Of a stretch of 47,826 nt of DNA, positions 1-9,450 are shown piece by piece. A program made the translations under genes and the position numbers. The DNA lies in assembly GCA_032718475.1 (NCBI GenBank), contig JAUCBJ010004238.1, positions 1 through 47,826 of the forward strand, written 5' to 3'. The stretch comes from Nemertoderma westbladi. Lineage: Eukaryota; Animalia; Xenacoelomorpha. The notes under the pieces were generated by a model. The model saw nothing but the letters and a program-made list of their open reading frames with translations, did not search any database and was not told where the DNA came from. How positions within the stretch are numbered: the stretch's first letter is position 1; each line of letters opens with the position of its first letter.

Positions 1-378
1 AAGATTAAGGATATGTGCTGGTATTCATAGTCAAAGACGATGCCATCCTATCTGTTACTAGTCTGTATACCGGTACATATCATTAAAACATCCGCTATGC
101 ATCTCCCTACATTCAGAATAGAACAACGATCAGAGCATATATCGCTAATCCGCATGGGAAAGGTTTATGTTATGCATTTTGTTAACAATGAGAATTTTGT
201 AATGTACACATCTGCGACCCTCTACAAAAATATATATAAACTCAATTTTTCTGACAGTGAACTATAATTTTGTTAAACAAAAGAAGAAAAAAATATCAGT
301 AGGCCTACCTATTCAATTTAAAGATACTCTTTCCAGTGCCTAGTTACTACGACAACGATAACTTACCTCAATACGAAC

Positions 379-801
379 ATGACATTCGCCTTTTTCAATA
401 ACCGTGAGTTGACGAGTTATATCAAAATCGAATTGCAATCAAGCGACGAAACATATCTCACAGCATCCAATATTGCTGAGATGGAGTTGCGATATATAAA
501 CAAAAAATTTGAGATCGGGTTTACTTCGATGGAATATGGAGTAGGTCAAGTAGGTGGTCTACATTTATCGCCTACAATGCTTGAAATTTCAAAAGATTTC
601 TCGCTTGTTATAAAAATACAACCATCGCGAATATCGGGAAGCTCACCCTCTTGCGAAAATTGGGAGAATGATGTTGATGACTCGCTTCACTTCAATATAC
701 CAACACAAAGACCGGTAGAAGTTAGCCAGCCTATAAACAACCATTTACAGGTACCGGCAAGGGAGGAAACTCTACAGAGGGACCCGCATATAGGACTATA
801 A
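379..801 (+). CDS. Hypothetical 140-aa protein, possibly a Polinton accessory gene
   Basis: Intronless ATG-started ORF in AT-rich DNA next to the Polinton gene block; no recognisable motif. Confidence 0.3.
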   Translation: MTFAFFNNRELTSYIKIELQSSDETYLTASNIAEMELRYINKKFEIGFTSMEYGVGQVGGLHLSPTMLEISKDFSLVIKIQPSRISGSSPSCENWENDVDDSLHFNIPTQRPVEVSQPINNHLQVPAREETLQRDPHIGL

Positions 802-1747
802 AAGGTATAGTCTAATACAGTAATAAATTTAGGGTTGTTGTTATTGTTATTGTTATTGTTAGGCCTATCAGTTATTGTTGCTTATAAAACTTAGTAGACT
901 GAATCTATTTTATATATAATTAAAAAAAAAAGCGAATACATAAATAAACTAACTATGTTTTATATAGGCCCCCGTCAACATAGAGTGAATGTTAGTAACA
1001 GAGAATGTGGTGGATTTTATATAGGCTTAGTTAGGTATACTGCGGACCACACCTATTGTATCCGCGTGGAGCCATTATATGACTGGTTGAATGATGGGGT
1101 TCCTGACTAAAAGTTAACGGTATAGCATACAACATAAAGTGAATGTTGAAAGTTAGTAACAGAGAGTGTGAGGGGATTTTATAGGTCCAATAGCGCTACC
1201 GGTACCTAACTACACCTATTGTGTCTGTGAGGTAGTCAGCTTTCAGTTGAGGAGTAGTCATTAGGCCTATATGCCTAACCGAATGAAGGTGTACCTTACC
1301 TATCCGTAAACCATATTGGGTCCACATGCGAAAAAGGGCCCCGCATAAAGTTAACTATAGCTGTATAGGCTTACCTATGCAACAGTAGCACGCAGTAATG
1401 TAGATTAGACCAATTAAAGTTGTAAACAGAAAATTGGAAGCATTCAAGTGTAATAGCCTAATCCTTAAATCAAAGAAACCAGCATGCTCTTGCGCTATCC
1501 AAGTATACAGGTACAAGAGTGCTACGTTGCTGGTACCAGTAGGCCTATTGTTAGGTGAGCCTCCTCTAATGCTGTATTCACGAACCCGCATGTCGACTTA
1601 ATTTAATTTTATTATTAGTAAGTACGGTACCGGTAACGCTAAAGCTCTGTGGTTGCTGTCGGGGGCCATTCTGTCATTCTACAGTTTAGCGTTGTTGGCA
1701 TATGTAGTTAAACTCTGATACAACCGCCGGCTACCGGTAGGTGCAGG

Positions 1748-1787
1748 GTGTGTGTGTGTGTGTGTACGTGTGTGTGTGTGTGTGTGT
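1748..1787. repeat. (GT)n microsatellite
   Basis: GTGTGT... run with one AC interruption. Confidence 0.9.
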
Positions 1788-1915
1788 AAACTTAAGTCCT
1801 ACACCTTTAGTCAAACTGAGATATAAAAAAATAGATTTTAATGTTTTTATTATTTTTATTGACATTAAAACAATTATATTATCCCATCACATTACATTAC
1901 ATGCTTAGAGTAAAC

Positions 1916-2518
1916 CTACAGTACATCTTCCACCGCAGTTATTTCTTTCTGTTTATCATCATCATCATCAGTCGCAGTTAAACGCTTTCTCACGAAAAAG
2001 TGTAGAGCCTCATACCCCCCAACGCGTTTTGCTGAGCAGTATCGCAGACAGTTATCCCTTATGTTTAAGTGGAACGTGCATTTACTTTCCACTGTAGTGA
2101 ATCGGTCGTGAAATCGACAAGGTGTTAAATAATCGTGATATTGCTTATATATTCCCAATTTCTCCACCGAATTTGGCTCGAGAACATCGAGTTGGGAAAC
2201 TAATATTGCCCGTTTCAGCAACCCAAATACATGAATATTTTTTTTATATTTTAAATGTCTCTTCATATATTTTTTAAAGTCATCTTGAGAAATGTCCCCG
2301 TAGTCCCAGGGCAAGTGAGAAGTGATATCCCGTAAATTGTTTACGTGAGCTGCATCTAAAGCTGATAACTTAATATTAGACGGGCCTTTAATTAAAAACG
2401 TCTTTACATTAGTTTTGGTGTAATTAGAATCGTATATTGCAAATTCTTTAAATACTACCGGATACTCTTTATTGTCTATCTTATAATATTGAAAATCAAC
2501 AAAAATAATATTATCCAT
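1916..2518 (-). CDS. Polinton accessory protein, DEDD/DnaQ-like nuclease-fold family (tentative)
   Basis: N-terminal IIFVDFQ...VFKEFAI, central LPWDYGD, C-terminal CxxH...C motif, resembling a family I recall from invertebrate Polintons. Confidence 0.55.
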   Translation of the reverse strand: MDNIIFVDFQYYKIDNKEYPVVFKEFAIYDSNYTKTNVKTFLIKGPSNIKLSALDAAHVNNLRDITSHLPWDYGDISQDDFKKYMKRHLKYKKNIHVFGLLKRAILVSQLDVLEPNSVEKLGIYKQYHDYLTPCRFHDRFTTVESKCTFHLNIRDNCLRYCSAKRVGGYEALHFFVRKRLTATDDDDDKQKEITAVEDVL

Positions 2519-2549
2519 TTTATCTGATAAACAAAAGTTAAATAATTAA

Positions 2550-3002
2550 TTACAAAGTTTGTTGGTTTAATTTATAATAATTAACAAGCCATTTATATAA
2601 TATAATTTCATTGATTTCCACATTATTTGTAAACGCTCTCATTGGATAGATTGTGTGAATACGATTTACCAAATAATAAAGACAGTATAGACCGCATGTG
2701 GTCCTCCTGGGGTCTTGAAATTGTTTGCGTGTAGTACGCCACCTTGCGGAATTTTTCTCAAGCCATTTTTCGATGCATCTGTTTGGATATTTTGGTCCAA
2801 ACGAGTCAAATACTTCGGCCTCATTATCTCGTATATATATCGCGATCCAATGAATCCCAGGCAGATGCTCTTTATCGGTATTTACTATCAAACCATAATC
2901 CTGCCGCTTATTATTATCTAATTTAGGTAATTTATTAGCTGGAAACGCGCCCAAATAGTGACCACCCACTGGAAACATATCAAGGTCCTCTGTAGATAAC
3001 AT
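2550..3002 (-). CDS. Adenain-like (C5) cysteine maturation protease
   Basis: NTD...PGIHW (His), FDSFG (Asp), QFQ...TCGLYC (Gln/Cys) in adenoviral protease order. Confidence 0.92.
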   Translation of the reverse strand: MLSTEDLDMFPVGGHYLGAFPANKLPKLDNNKRQDYGLIVNTDKEHLPGIHWIAIYIRDNEAEVFDSFGPKYPNRCIEKWLEKNSARWRTTRKQFQDPRRTTCGLYCLYYLVNRIHTIYPMRAFTNNVEINEIILYKWLVNYYKLNQQTL

Positions 3003-3004
3003 AC

Positions 3005-4263
3005 TTAATCGATATGTATTTCTTTCCTGCTATTTAAACTTAATGATTGATCATAAATATTAAAAACGATTACATTTATGGTTTCAACCAACGGTTCGGC
3101 AAATCTTAATTTTAATTGACCGTTAGTATATATCGACGGTTGCGGATCTCTAACGTAGCCGTCGGCGGTTAGGTCCCAGGATAGGATGGGACAATTACCT
3201 AAGTAGGTTTCATGGTCTATATTATTACCTCCATAACCGTTAATATATGTATTAATGTTCTTCATTAATTGAGTATACTCAAAAATATATGTTCCATCTG
3301 TAAAATTAGGTTCGTATATTACACCCCCTACTGGAAGACCGTCTACAATCAGTTCCGCGCGTCTAAGGTTAAAATGTTCAAATTTCAAGGGATTGCTAAT
3401 TAATTCTCCCGAATAAGCGTTATTTGTTATGAAGCCAATAATAACTAATTTGGTTTTTTACCATCAAATATGTTTGTTTGGGTGTAATTTGTGGTTTGAG
3501 CGGGAATAGTAAATGTTGTCACCTCCTTTTTTTGAAATTGATATTCAATATCGTAACTCTCTAAACCTTTTAGGTGACTGCTTTCTATTACTGGATTAAC
3601 CTCCATTCTAGGGATTAGAATCTTTATTTCATCTAATTCTAACCGAAGATTTGTCACAGCGTTTGCGTTAGGAGTGATTTTAAAAATAAACGAATTTGAT
3701 ACTTTTCTAAAATGCATTCTTAAATCATACCCGGGTTGTATTATTTTAGTTTCAGTATCAAAATCAATTGTCAATCCACTTACAAATTGCATTTGTTTAC
3801 TAAAGGCATCGGCAATAGGATGCGCGCCGGGATCAATTTCATTTCCGTGTTCAGATAAAGGTTGATGAAAGCCACCCGCACCCAGTAGCCCATTTTTATC
3901 CTCGTAAGTTGTAAATAATAAATTGGATAAGTACGACTTGTAGAAATAATGGTTATTGCTATTTTCAACCTGCTTCTCATTAAGGTCTATTTTAATATCA
4001 CTCCACATAGTTTCAGCGGGGTAATTCAGCATATAAATATGGGAGTTTTCAAGTCGTCTATCCCAGCGTACAGTACATTTTGTAATTAATAACGCGTCTT
4101 GCAGTTTCGTATAGAATTCATTGGATCTCGGTACAAGGAACGTGACCTCCCTAGATTCACTTCTGAGATTAGATACGGGGTAAATTGTTTCATAATGCTT
4201 TGCTTTAAATTCAGTCTGTATTGGCTGTGTAGAAAATAAATCTAATTCCTTAATAATTGACAT
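3005..4263 (-). pseudogene. Major capsid protein (double jelly-roll, hexon-like) with one frameshift near 3448
   Basis: ELDLFSTQPIQT N-terminus; ORF 3445-4263 ends GKKPN* and the shifted frame continues LVIIGFITNNAYSGELISNPLKFEHF into ORF 3005-3388 (WDLTAD, GQLKLRFAEPL); about 419 aa when joined. Confidence 0.85.
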
Positions 4264-4303
4264 TATTAAAAAATACTTTTTACGCAGTGTTTCAGTTTAC
4301 CCT

Positions 4304-4828
4304 TTATTTTTTATTTTTATTACTACGTCGATGATGTATGTTCATAGACATTGGTCTAGCGGGTCGCTTTAAATCTCTATAAACTTTTTCTACAACCGAC
4401 CTTGTTGACGGTTTCATTTTATTTAATGCTTTATTAATAACCGTATTAGCCTGCTGATGTAAGACCCGCTTACCTTTTGGTATTACGTGTTGTCTCATAA
4501 ATTTTGTGGTAAATGGTAAAGCTTTCTGTAAAACTTTTTTAGCTAATGGCTTACCAAATTTTTTCAATGTCGATAAGGCGTCTGTAAATATACCTTCTCC
4601 GTGTTGATTTGCCCGCATACCTCTACGATAACGCTGAAAACGACGTTGTTTTAAGTTTGGACCAAATGTGCCGATTTGTTGACCGTAAGGGTCAATATAT
4701 GAACCACCTCGAAAAACAGGAACTTGCGTCGAACCTCTGGTACTTCTACCACCTTTAAAAACAGCAAGATTAGAGTCTGAACCACCATATTGAGGTTTAC
4801 TGTATCTTTGAAATAAATCAGAATCCAT
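4304..4828 (-). CDS. Basic Polinton virion core / membrane-lytic (pVI- or cupiennin-like) protein
   Basis: Arg/Lys-rich; xxGG motifs (QYGG, FKGG, FRGG) and QHGEG followed by amphipathic IFTDALSTLKKFGKPLAKKVLQKALPF. Confidence 0.7.
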   Translation of the reverse strand: MDSDLFQRYSKPQYGGSDSNLAVFKGGRSTRGSTQVPVFRGGSYIDPYGQQIGTFGPNLKQRRFQRYRRGMRANQHGEGIFTDALSTLKKFGKPLAKKVLQKALPFTTKFMRQHVIPKGKRVLHQQANTVINKALNKMKPSTRSVVEKVYRDLKRPARPMSMNIHHRRSNKNKK

Positions 4829-4829
4829 T

Positions 4830-5684
4830 TTAATTTATACGTTTAAAGTGTAATGTAATAGAAGTTGTGCCGTATTCAAAATTCAAATCTTTTCCTTCTT
4901 TGTCTGTTATTTCAATATGAATGTATGTTATCTTATATGATTTTTTTACAGGGATATAATGAATTGTATCCTTGACAAATTCTTTATTTATTACGCTACC
5001 ATATTTCACATCATCAGGTATCGCAACACGACGAAGTAAAGCTAAACCAAAATCGTTAATATATTGATTTTCAATTATATTAGTAGTCACGTACATGTTC
5101 GACTTAGGTTCTGGAATAGAATTGGGTGGTTGAGGGCATAAAAATACCATCTGGTAAGCTTTTTCTCCATTTCCGATAACCTTTATTAAATAACCCTTTA
5201 TATTATTTTTCATCTTCAAAATAATTTTAAAATTTGGATTTAAATTCGCGCCGAGATTATTTTCAGTAATTCCAAAATAATAGGCTAATTGTTGACCTAT
5301 AAATAACTCTCGCACAGTTTTCCCTAAAATAAATTGCAACCTATTTTGCTGAGTATTTTCAACTATTTGTAATTTATCTTTCAACGCCCCCGTGTTAAAA
5401 TAATCTATAATGTCATTGATACTGTAGAACAAACCGGATGGAAGTGTATCCTCAAAATTTTTTTTTCCTTTTTTTAATAAAATAACATTCTCTACATTGT
5501 TATACATGGACGGCAACGTTGCTAAGTAAAATATACTTTTTATACCTACCACCCAGTTTTCGTTTGGATTTATAGGTAAGGCGCCGTGGAAATTTATCTG
5601 ATAATTACTAGCGCTATTGCGGGGAAAATCAATTGGACAGGAATTACTTGGTAGTCTAACGTAGAACTCATCCATCACCGCCAC
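4830..5684 (-). CDS. Minor capsid protein (penton), copy 1, intact
   Basis: FYVRLPSNS...PRNSASNY...WVVG N-terminus; YIPV...IHIEITDKEG...ITLHFKR C-terminus. Confidence 0.85.
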   Translation of the reverse strand: MAVMDEFYVRLPSNSCPIDFPRNSASNYQINFHGALPINPNENWVVGIKSIFYLATLPSMYNNVENVILLKKGKKNFEDTLPSGLFYSINDIIDYFNTGALKDKLQIVENTQQNRLQFILGKTVRELFIGQQLAYYFGITENNLGANLNPNFKIILKMKNNIKGYLIKVIGNGEKAYQMVFLCPQPPNSIPEPKSNMYVTTNIIENQYINDFGLALLRRVAIPDDVKYGSVINKEFVKDTIHYIPVKKSYKITYIHIEITDKEGKDLNFEYGTTSITLHFKRIN

Positions 5685-6540
5685 CCCGTATTAACTTAAG
5701 TGTTATAACAGTGCGACCTCCGCTGAAGTTAATTAATTGGCCTTGGCCGTCACGTAAAGTAATTAAGATTGTTTTTAGTTTTTTATTCAACAATGGGAAA
5801 TAGCAAATGCTCTCGTATTCGTGATTAATATATTTTCGATTTAATTGCGTTAAAGGGCAGGTTCTTAAGAGCGGAGCTAAAGCGTCGCCAACAAATGAGC
5901 TCTTAATAATATCTGTGTATATGAAAATTGTATCTTTATTACGTGTTATATTTGTGGGAGCTGGAAAATCTAAAATGCCAATTTCCGAAATTTTTGGCCC
6001 GCTATAATTTAAAATTAATATCGGCTGTTCTATATTGCTTAATTCATCTACTGTAGTGGTACTGTATATATCCCAATTCGGAATATCCAGGTGATTCCGA
6101 TCCAATAACGGTTTTAAGCCTAGAATTTGTATTAAATCACCACGTAGACTTAATTGTATTTTTTTCAACTTTTTAGGAAATTTAAATTTAATTCTAGAAT
6201 TATTTGTATTAAAAATGAATTCGAAATCTCTATATTTCGCTTCAGAATTAAACAGTTTATTTATATCATCAATAATCACTTGAATAGAGTTATGCATACC
6301 AGGAAATAAACTATATAATTTGGCATCTTTTGCATCTACCCCGATTGACAGTGAGATTTAAGTTTGCAGCGTAATATTACTGTATGTTGCTTGATATTGA
6401 AGTTCGGCAAGCCCAATTTTAGCGTTTGGACCAATATATAATTCTTCGGCTAAATCAACAGTAAACTCACTAGGATTATTATTGGGATAAGTGTTCAATG
6501 AGCTATCTGAAAGTAGAGTGATATATGTATCTGTGGCCAT
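5668..6540 (-). pseudogene. Minor capsid protein (penton), copy 2, single in-frame TAA at 6358-6360
   Basis: YITLLSDSS...PNNNPSEFTV (ORF 6358-6540) is in frame with ORF 5668-6297 (IYTDII...VGD...PLLR...ITLRDGQG...ITLKL); the intervening 20 codons are open. Confidence 0.85.
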
Positions 6541-6788
6541 TATTATTATTATTTAAGCTCGCTCTCTCTACTTGACTCCTTTGTACATACAGTATAATGT
6601 TAAATTATAGACATCTGTGACCACATTCATTGCCGCATCTTCTACAGTATATGCGAGGGATCAATATTTTACTGCCTTTATTTAAAGCGGATGAACTATA
6701 GATATAGTAATATCATTCGAGTTAATATTATTGATTAATTATGGTCATATGCGACCAAAATGAATTAATATACAGTATAAACCTAAGC

Positions 6789-7879
6789 TTATTGAATATG
6801 CTGTACCCACGACTGTTTCTTGGATCCGATGAATCGGACTAAATATTCTTTCTTCCCATTGCGTACACGTTCTTTAAGTTTGCCAATATTTTTTTTGTCA
6901 ATTGCTAGATAAATATTACTATTCGGGTGGACCTTTTGGAGTTCGTGAGAATAAAATGAGCCCTTTATTATAGCTCCGGCGCTGTCCTTAATATCGAACA
7001 TTACCGCTGGTACTCTATCCAACCTGACACGATGAATAATAAATAATTCACGTGTCCATTGTTCTCGATAGCCTTTAGCAAAAGCAGTACGAGCAATAGA
7101 TAATCGTACTGTATCTCCAACTTTAAATTTTATTTTCTTGTGATTTATCTGTCTATATTTCCCATATAATCTATTCATTAATTCAGTTTCATTAAATTTA
7201 TTAACTTCAATAGGCGTCATTTTTATTGTCCTATGATACGACCTATTATAAGCCGAGATAAGCTTAGGTAAAATTGTTATCCAAATATTATTTCCCCTTT
7301 GCGTGAAAATTTTGAACATCTTTGTTTTTAAGGTTCTGTTGAATCTCTCGACAATAGCCGCCTTATTCACAGAATACATTACGTAATACTGTATACCTAA
7401 CGTATCTAAATATTTCCTTACAGATTTATTTAGAAACTCAGAACCTTGATCTGTGGCGATTCTGTTTGGTTTTCCTTTCTGGAATATTTTTTGCAATATA
7501 CTAATAATTTCAATACCCTTTTTTGTTTTCATACCATAGGCAAAAGCAAGCCGACTGAAGGCATCAATGCACGTTAATATATAGTTATAATTATTATTTT
7601 GCGATTTATATTGCTGCATATCCACCAGATCTATCATATATATATCTTTTATGCCTCCCGTAAATATTTAGATGTTGGATAATGTTGTCTACGTGGAGCG
7701 TGAAGGGTGTATGTCTTTTGCCCGCTCAACCATTTCTGGGCTTGCGCTGGTTTGATGTTTGCAGCTTTTGCTAATTTTGCAACACTTGCAAATCCCGCGG
7801 GGGATGAAGGATCTAAATAAATTCTTAACAGTTTTTTGTCTAATCTTCGGCTTAAAATCGGTTTCATCTTGCGAGGCAT
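6789..7879 (-). pseudogene. Polinton RVE (retroviral-type DDE) integrase, frameshift near 7660
   Basis: YLDPSSPAGF...TYTLH N-terminus (7649-7879); DLVD / TDQGSEF / IVERFNRTLK catalytic motifs, FKVGDTVR, chromodomain-like EYLVRF...SW tail; shifted frame reads GGIKDIYMIDLVD across the break. Confidence 0.92.
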
Positions 7880-8103
7880 CTTTTCGACAACCGCAAGTAA
7901 TATGTATATTCAAATCTCTTATAAAGGGCATCACCGTAAGAACAACTGAAATTTTTTGATTATTTTCTTTGAAGTTGATGTTTTAAAGGGTTTTCTTTTT
8001 GTAGTATTTACTCTAGGTATATCTTGTGGTTTTAAATCAGTAGCTAACGGTTTACTCGATACTAAATATAATTTTCTAAATGTTACTCCCGTTTTAACCA
8101 TTA

Positions 8104-8487
8104 TTACCGTCCGCGGTTAATTTTTTTCGCAATAGCAGCCCCAGCGGCAGCGGCACCGGCACTCGTGGCAAGTTTCGCACCAATGCCGAGTAAGGGTATT
8201 AGAAACGGTAGTATGCCTCCAGATTGATTGCTTAACTTTTTTCTGTAACTTGATATATTTTTTGTTTTACGGTTGAGTGATTTCAATACCTTCTTATAGC
8301 GGCGAATATTTCTAAATGAATGAGGGGTCAATTGTACATTACCTTTTAGAACATTTAATGCAGTATTTACAATGAGCCGTATTAATTCGTTACTGGCGGT
8401 ATGGTTAATAAAATAAGTTCTTTGTTGAGGGGTAGCGCTGCGTAGAAATTCCAGTTCGTTACGATATTTCTGCACAAGTCTATTCAT
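8104..8487 (-). CDS. Conserved small Polinton core protein with QSGG/ILPFL protease-site motif
   Basis: ALNVLKGNV...KKLSNQSGGILPFLIPLLG; basic body with hydrophobic tail. Confidence 0.75.
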   Translation of the reverse strand: MNRLVQKYRNELEFLRSATPQQRTYFINHTASNELIRLIVNTALNVLKGNVQLTPHSFRNIRRYKKVLKSLNRKTKNISSYRKKLSNQSGGILPFLIPLLGIGAKLATSAGAAAAGAAIAKKINRGR

Positions 8488-8815
8488 TGTTGCAACATTA
8501 TTGAAAATTGTTACAAAATATTAATTATTTATCATTATTATTATTATTATTTTCGCTATTTGCATGTTTATTTTCACACTTATAATAATCTCGATGTTGT
8601 TGCAATAACTTAGAATAGCAAACTGGACATTTTTCATTTAAAATATCCATTTTCCAAATTTTAAAGTAAATTGAAAATAATTACCACAATACACAACAAC
8701 AACAACAAACAAAACTGTTATACTGTATATACAAATACTACTACAATTTTCGATTATTTAAAAACAACAAAATTTTATATATAATCATAAAATATTTATA
8801 ATATAGGGGGAAAAG

Positions 8816-8896
8816 TCAAGAATCAATGATATTATCAACATATTCAACATTATCCGCTGATTCTTCAGGTTCGACAAAGGATTCTTTTGAAATCAT
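8816..8896 (-). pseudogene. 3' remnant of the Polinton ORF split by the retrotransposon
   Basis: Reads MISKESFVEPEESADNVEYVDNIIDS* in frame with ORF 24243-24610 once the insert and one TSD copy are removed. Confidence 0.75.
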
Positions 8897-9023
8897 TATA
8901 GAATTATATTCCCTAAATGCCGTGGATTTTCAAAATTTTATTTTTATTCGAATTAACTTTGTAAAGATTGCTTTGAGTTCTCATTAGTATTGGTTCTATC
9001 ATTTGTACATCTATCGGTCAAGT

Positions 9024-9110
9024 GGTTCAGTAGCTCAGTCGGTAGAGCGTTGGAAATTATATGTGTAGTAGGTGTTGAGTTCGAATCCTAGTAAGTGCGA
9101 ATTATTTTTT
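9024..9110 (+). ncRNA. tRNA-like Pol III cassette in the 5' LTR (not a foldable tRNA)
   Basis: A box / D-arm TAGCTCAGTCGGTAGAGC, B box GAGTTCGAATCC, T6 at 9105-9110; acceptor and anticodon stems do not pair. Confidence 0.65.
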
Positions 9111-9164
9111 GTGTAGAATTTCAACTCATTTAAATTAACCGCTACAAATTAATTGCATTTGTCT

Positions 9165-9450
9165 GTACCAATGAGACTGTAGTTATTTGATTGTAACCAA
9201 TGTCGTGCAAGTTATATATTAGCTGGACCAATAGCTATCTTTAAAACCTTGTTAGAACCCATAGAACAATCGAGAATTTTCTCGATTGATTGCAGCACAA
9301 ATTCGCTATATAAAGGTGCGATTTGTTCATTAGTTAACAACAATATCCTATATCTTATATCTCAATCTTCTCAGATTATCTTATCAATATTCTGTCGTGC
9401 TTAGTTTAATTCAGATTACATTGTATTATAATTATATCTTCTGTAATAAA
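9165..9450 (+). promoter_or_regulatory. LTR Pol II promoter and poly(A) signal
   Basis: Three CCAAT boxes (~9168, ~9197, ~9228), TATATAAAG at 9307, AATAAA at 9445-9450. Confidence 0.55.

Noticed and set aside
1-1900. Polinton pPolB, ATPase or left TIR
   Set aside because: No polymerase or Walker motifs and no inverted copy of the 25521 terminus were seen
3440-3462. Programmed -1 frameshift in the MCP gene
   Set aside because: No proper X XXY YYZ heptamer in frame; a 1-nt deletion or sequencing error is simpler
9024-9097. Functional tRNA gene
   Set aside because: Acceptor and anticodon stems do not pair; only promoter boxes and D-arm remain
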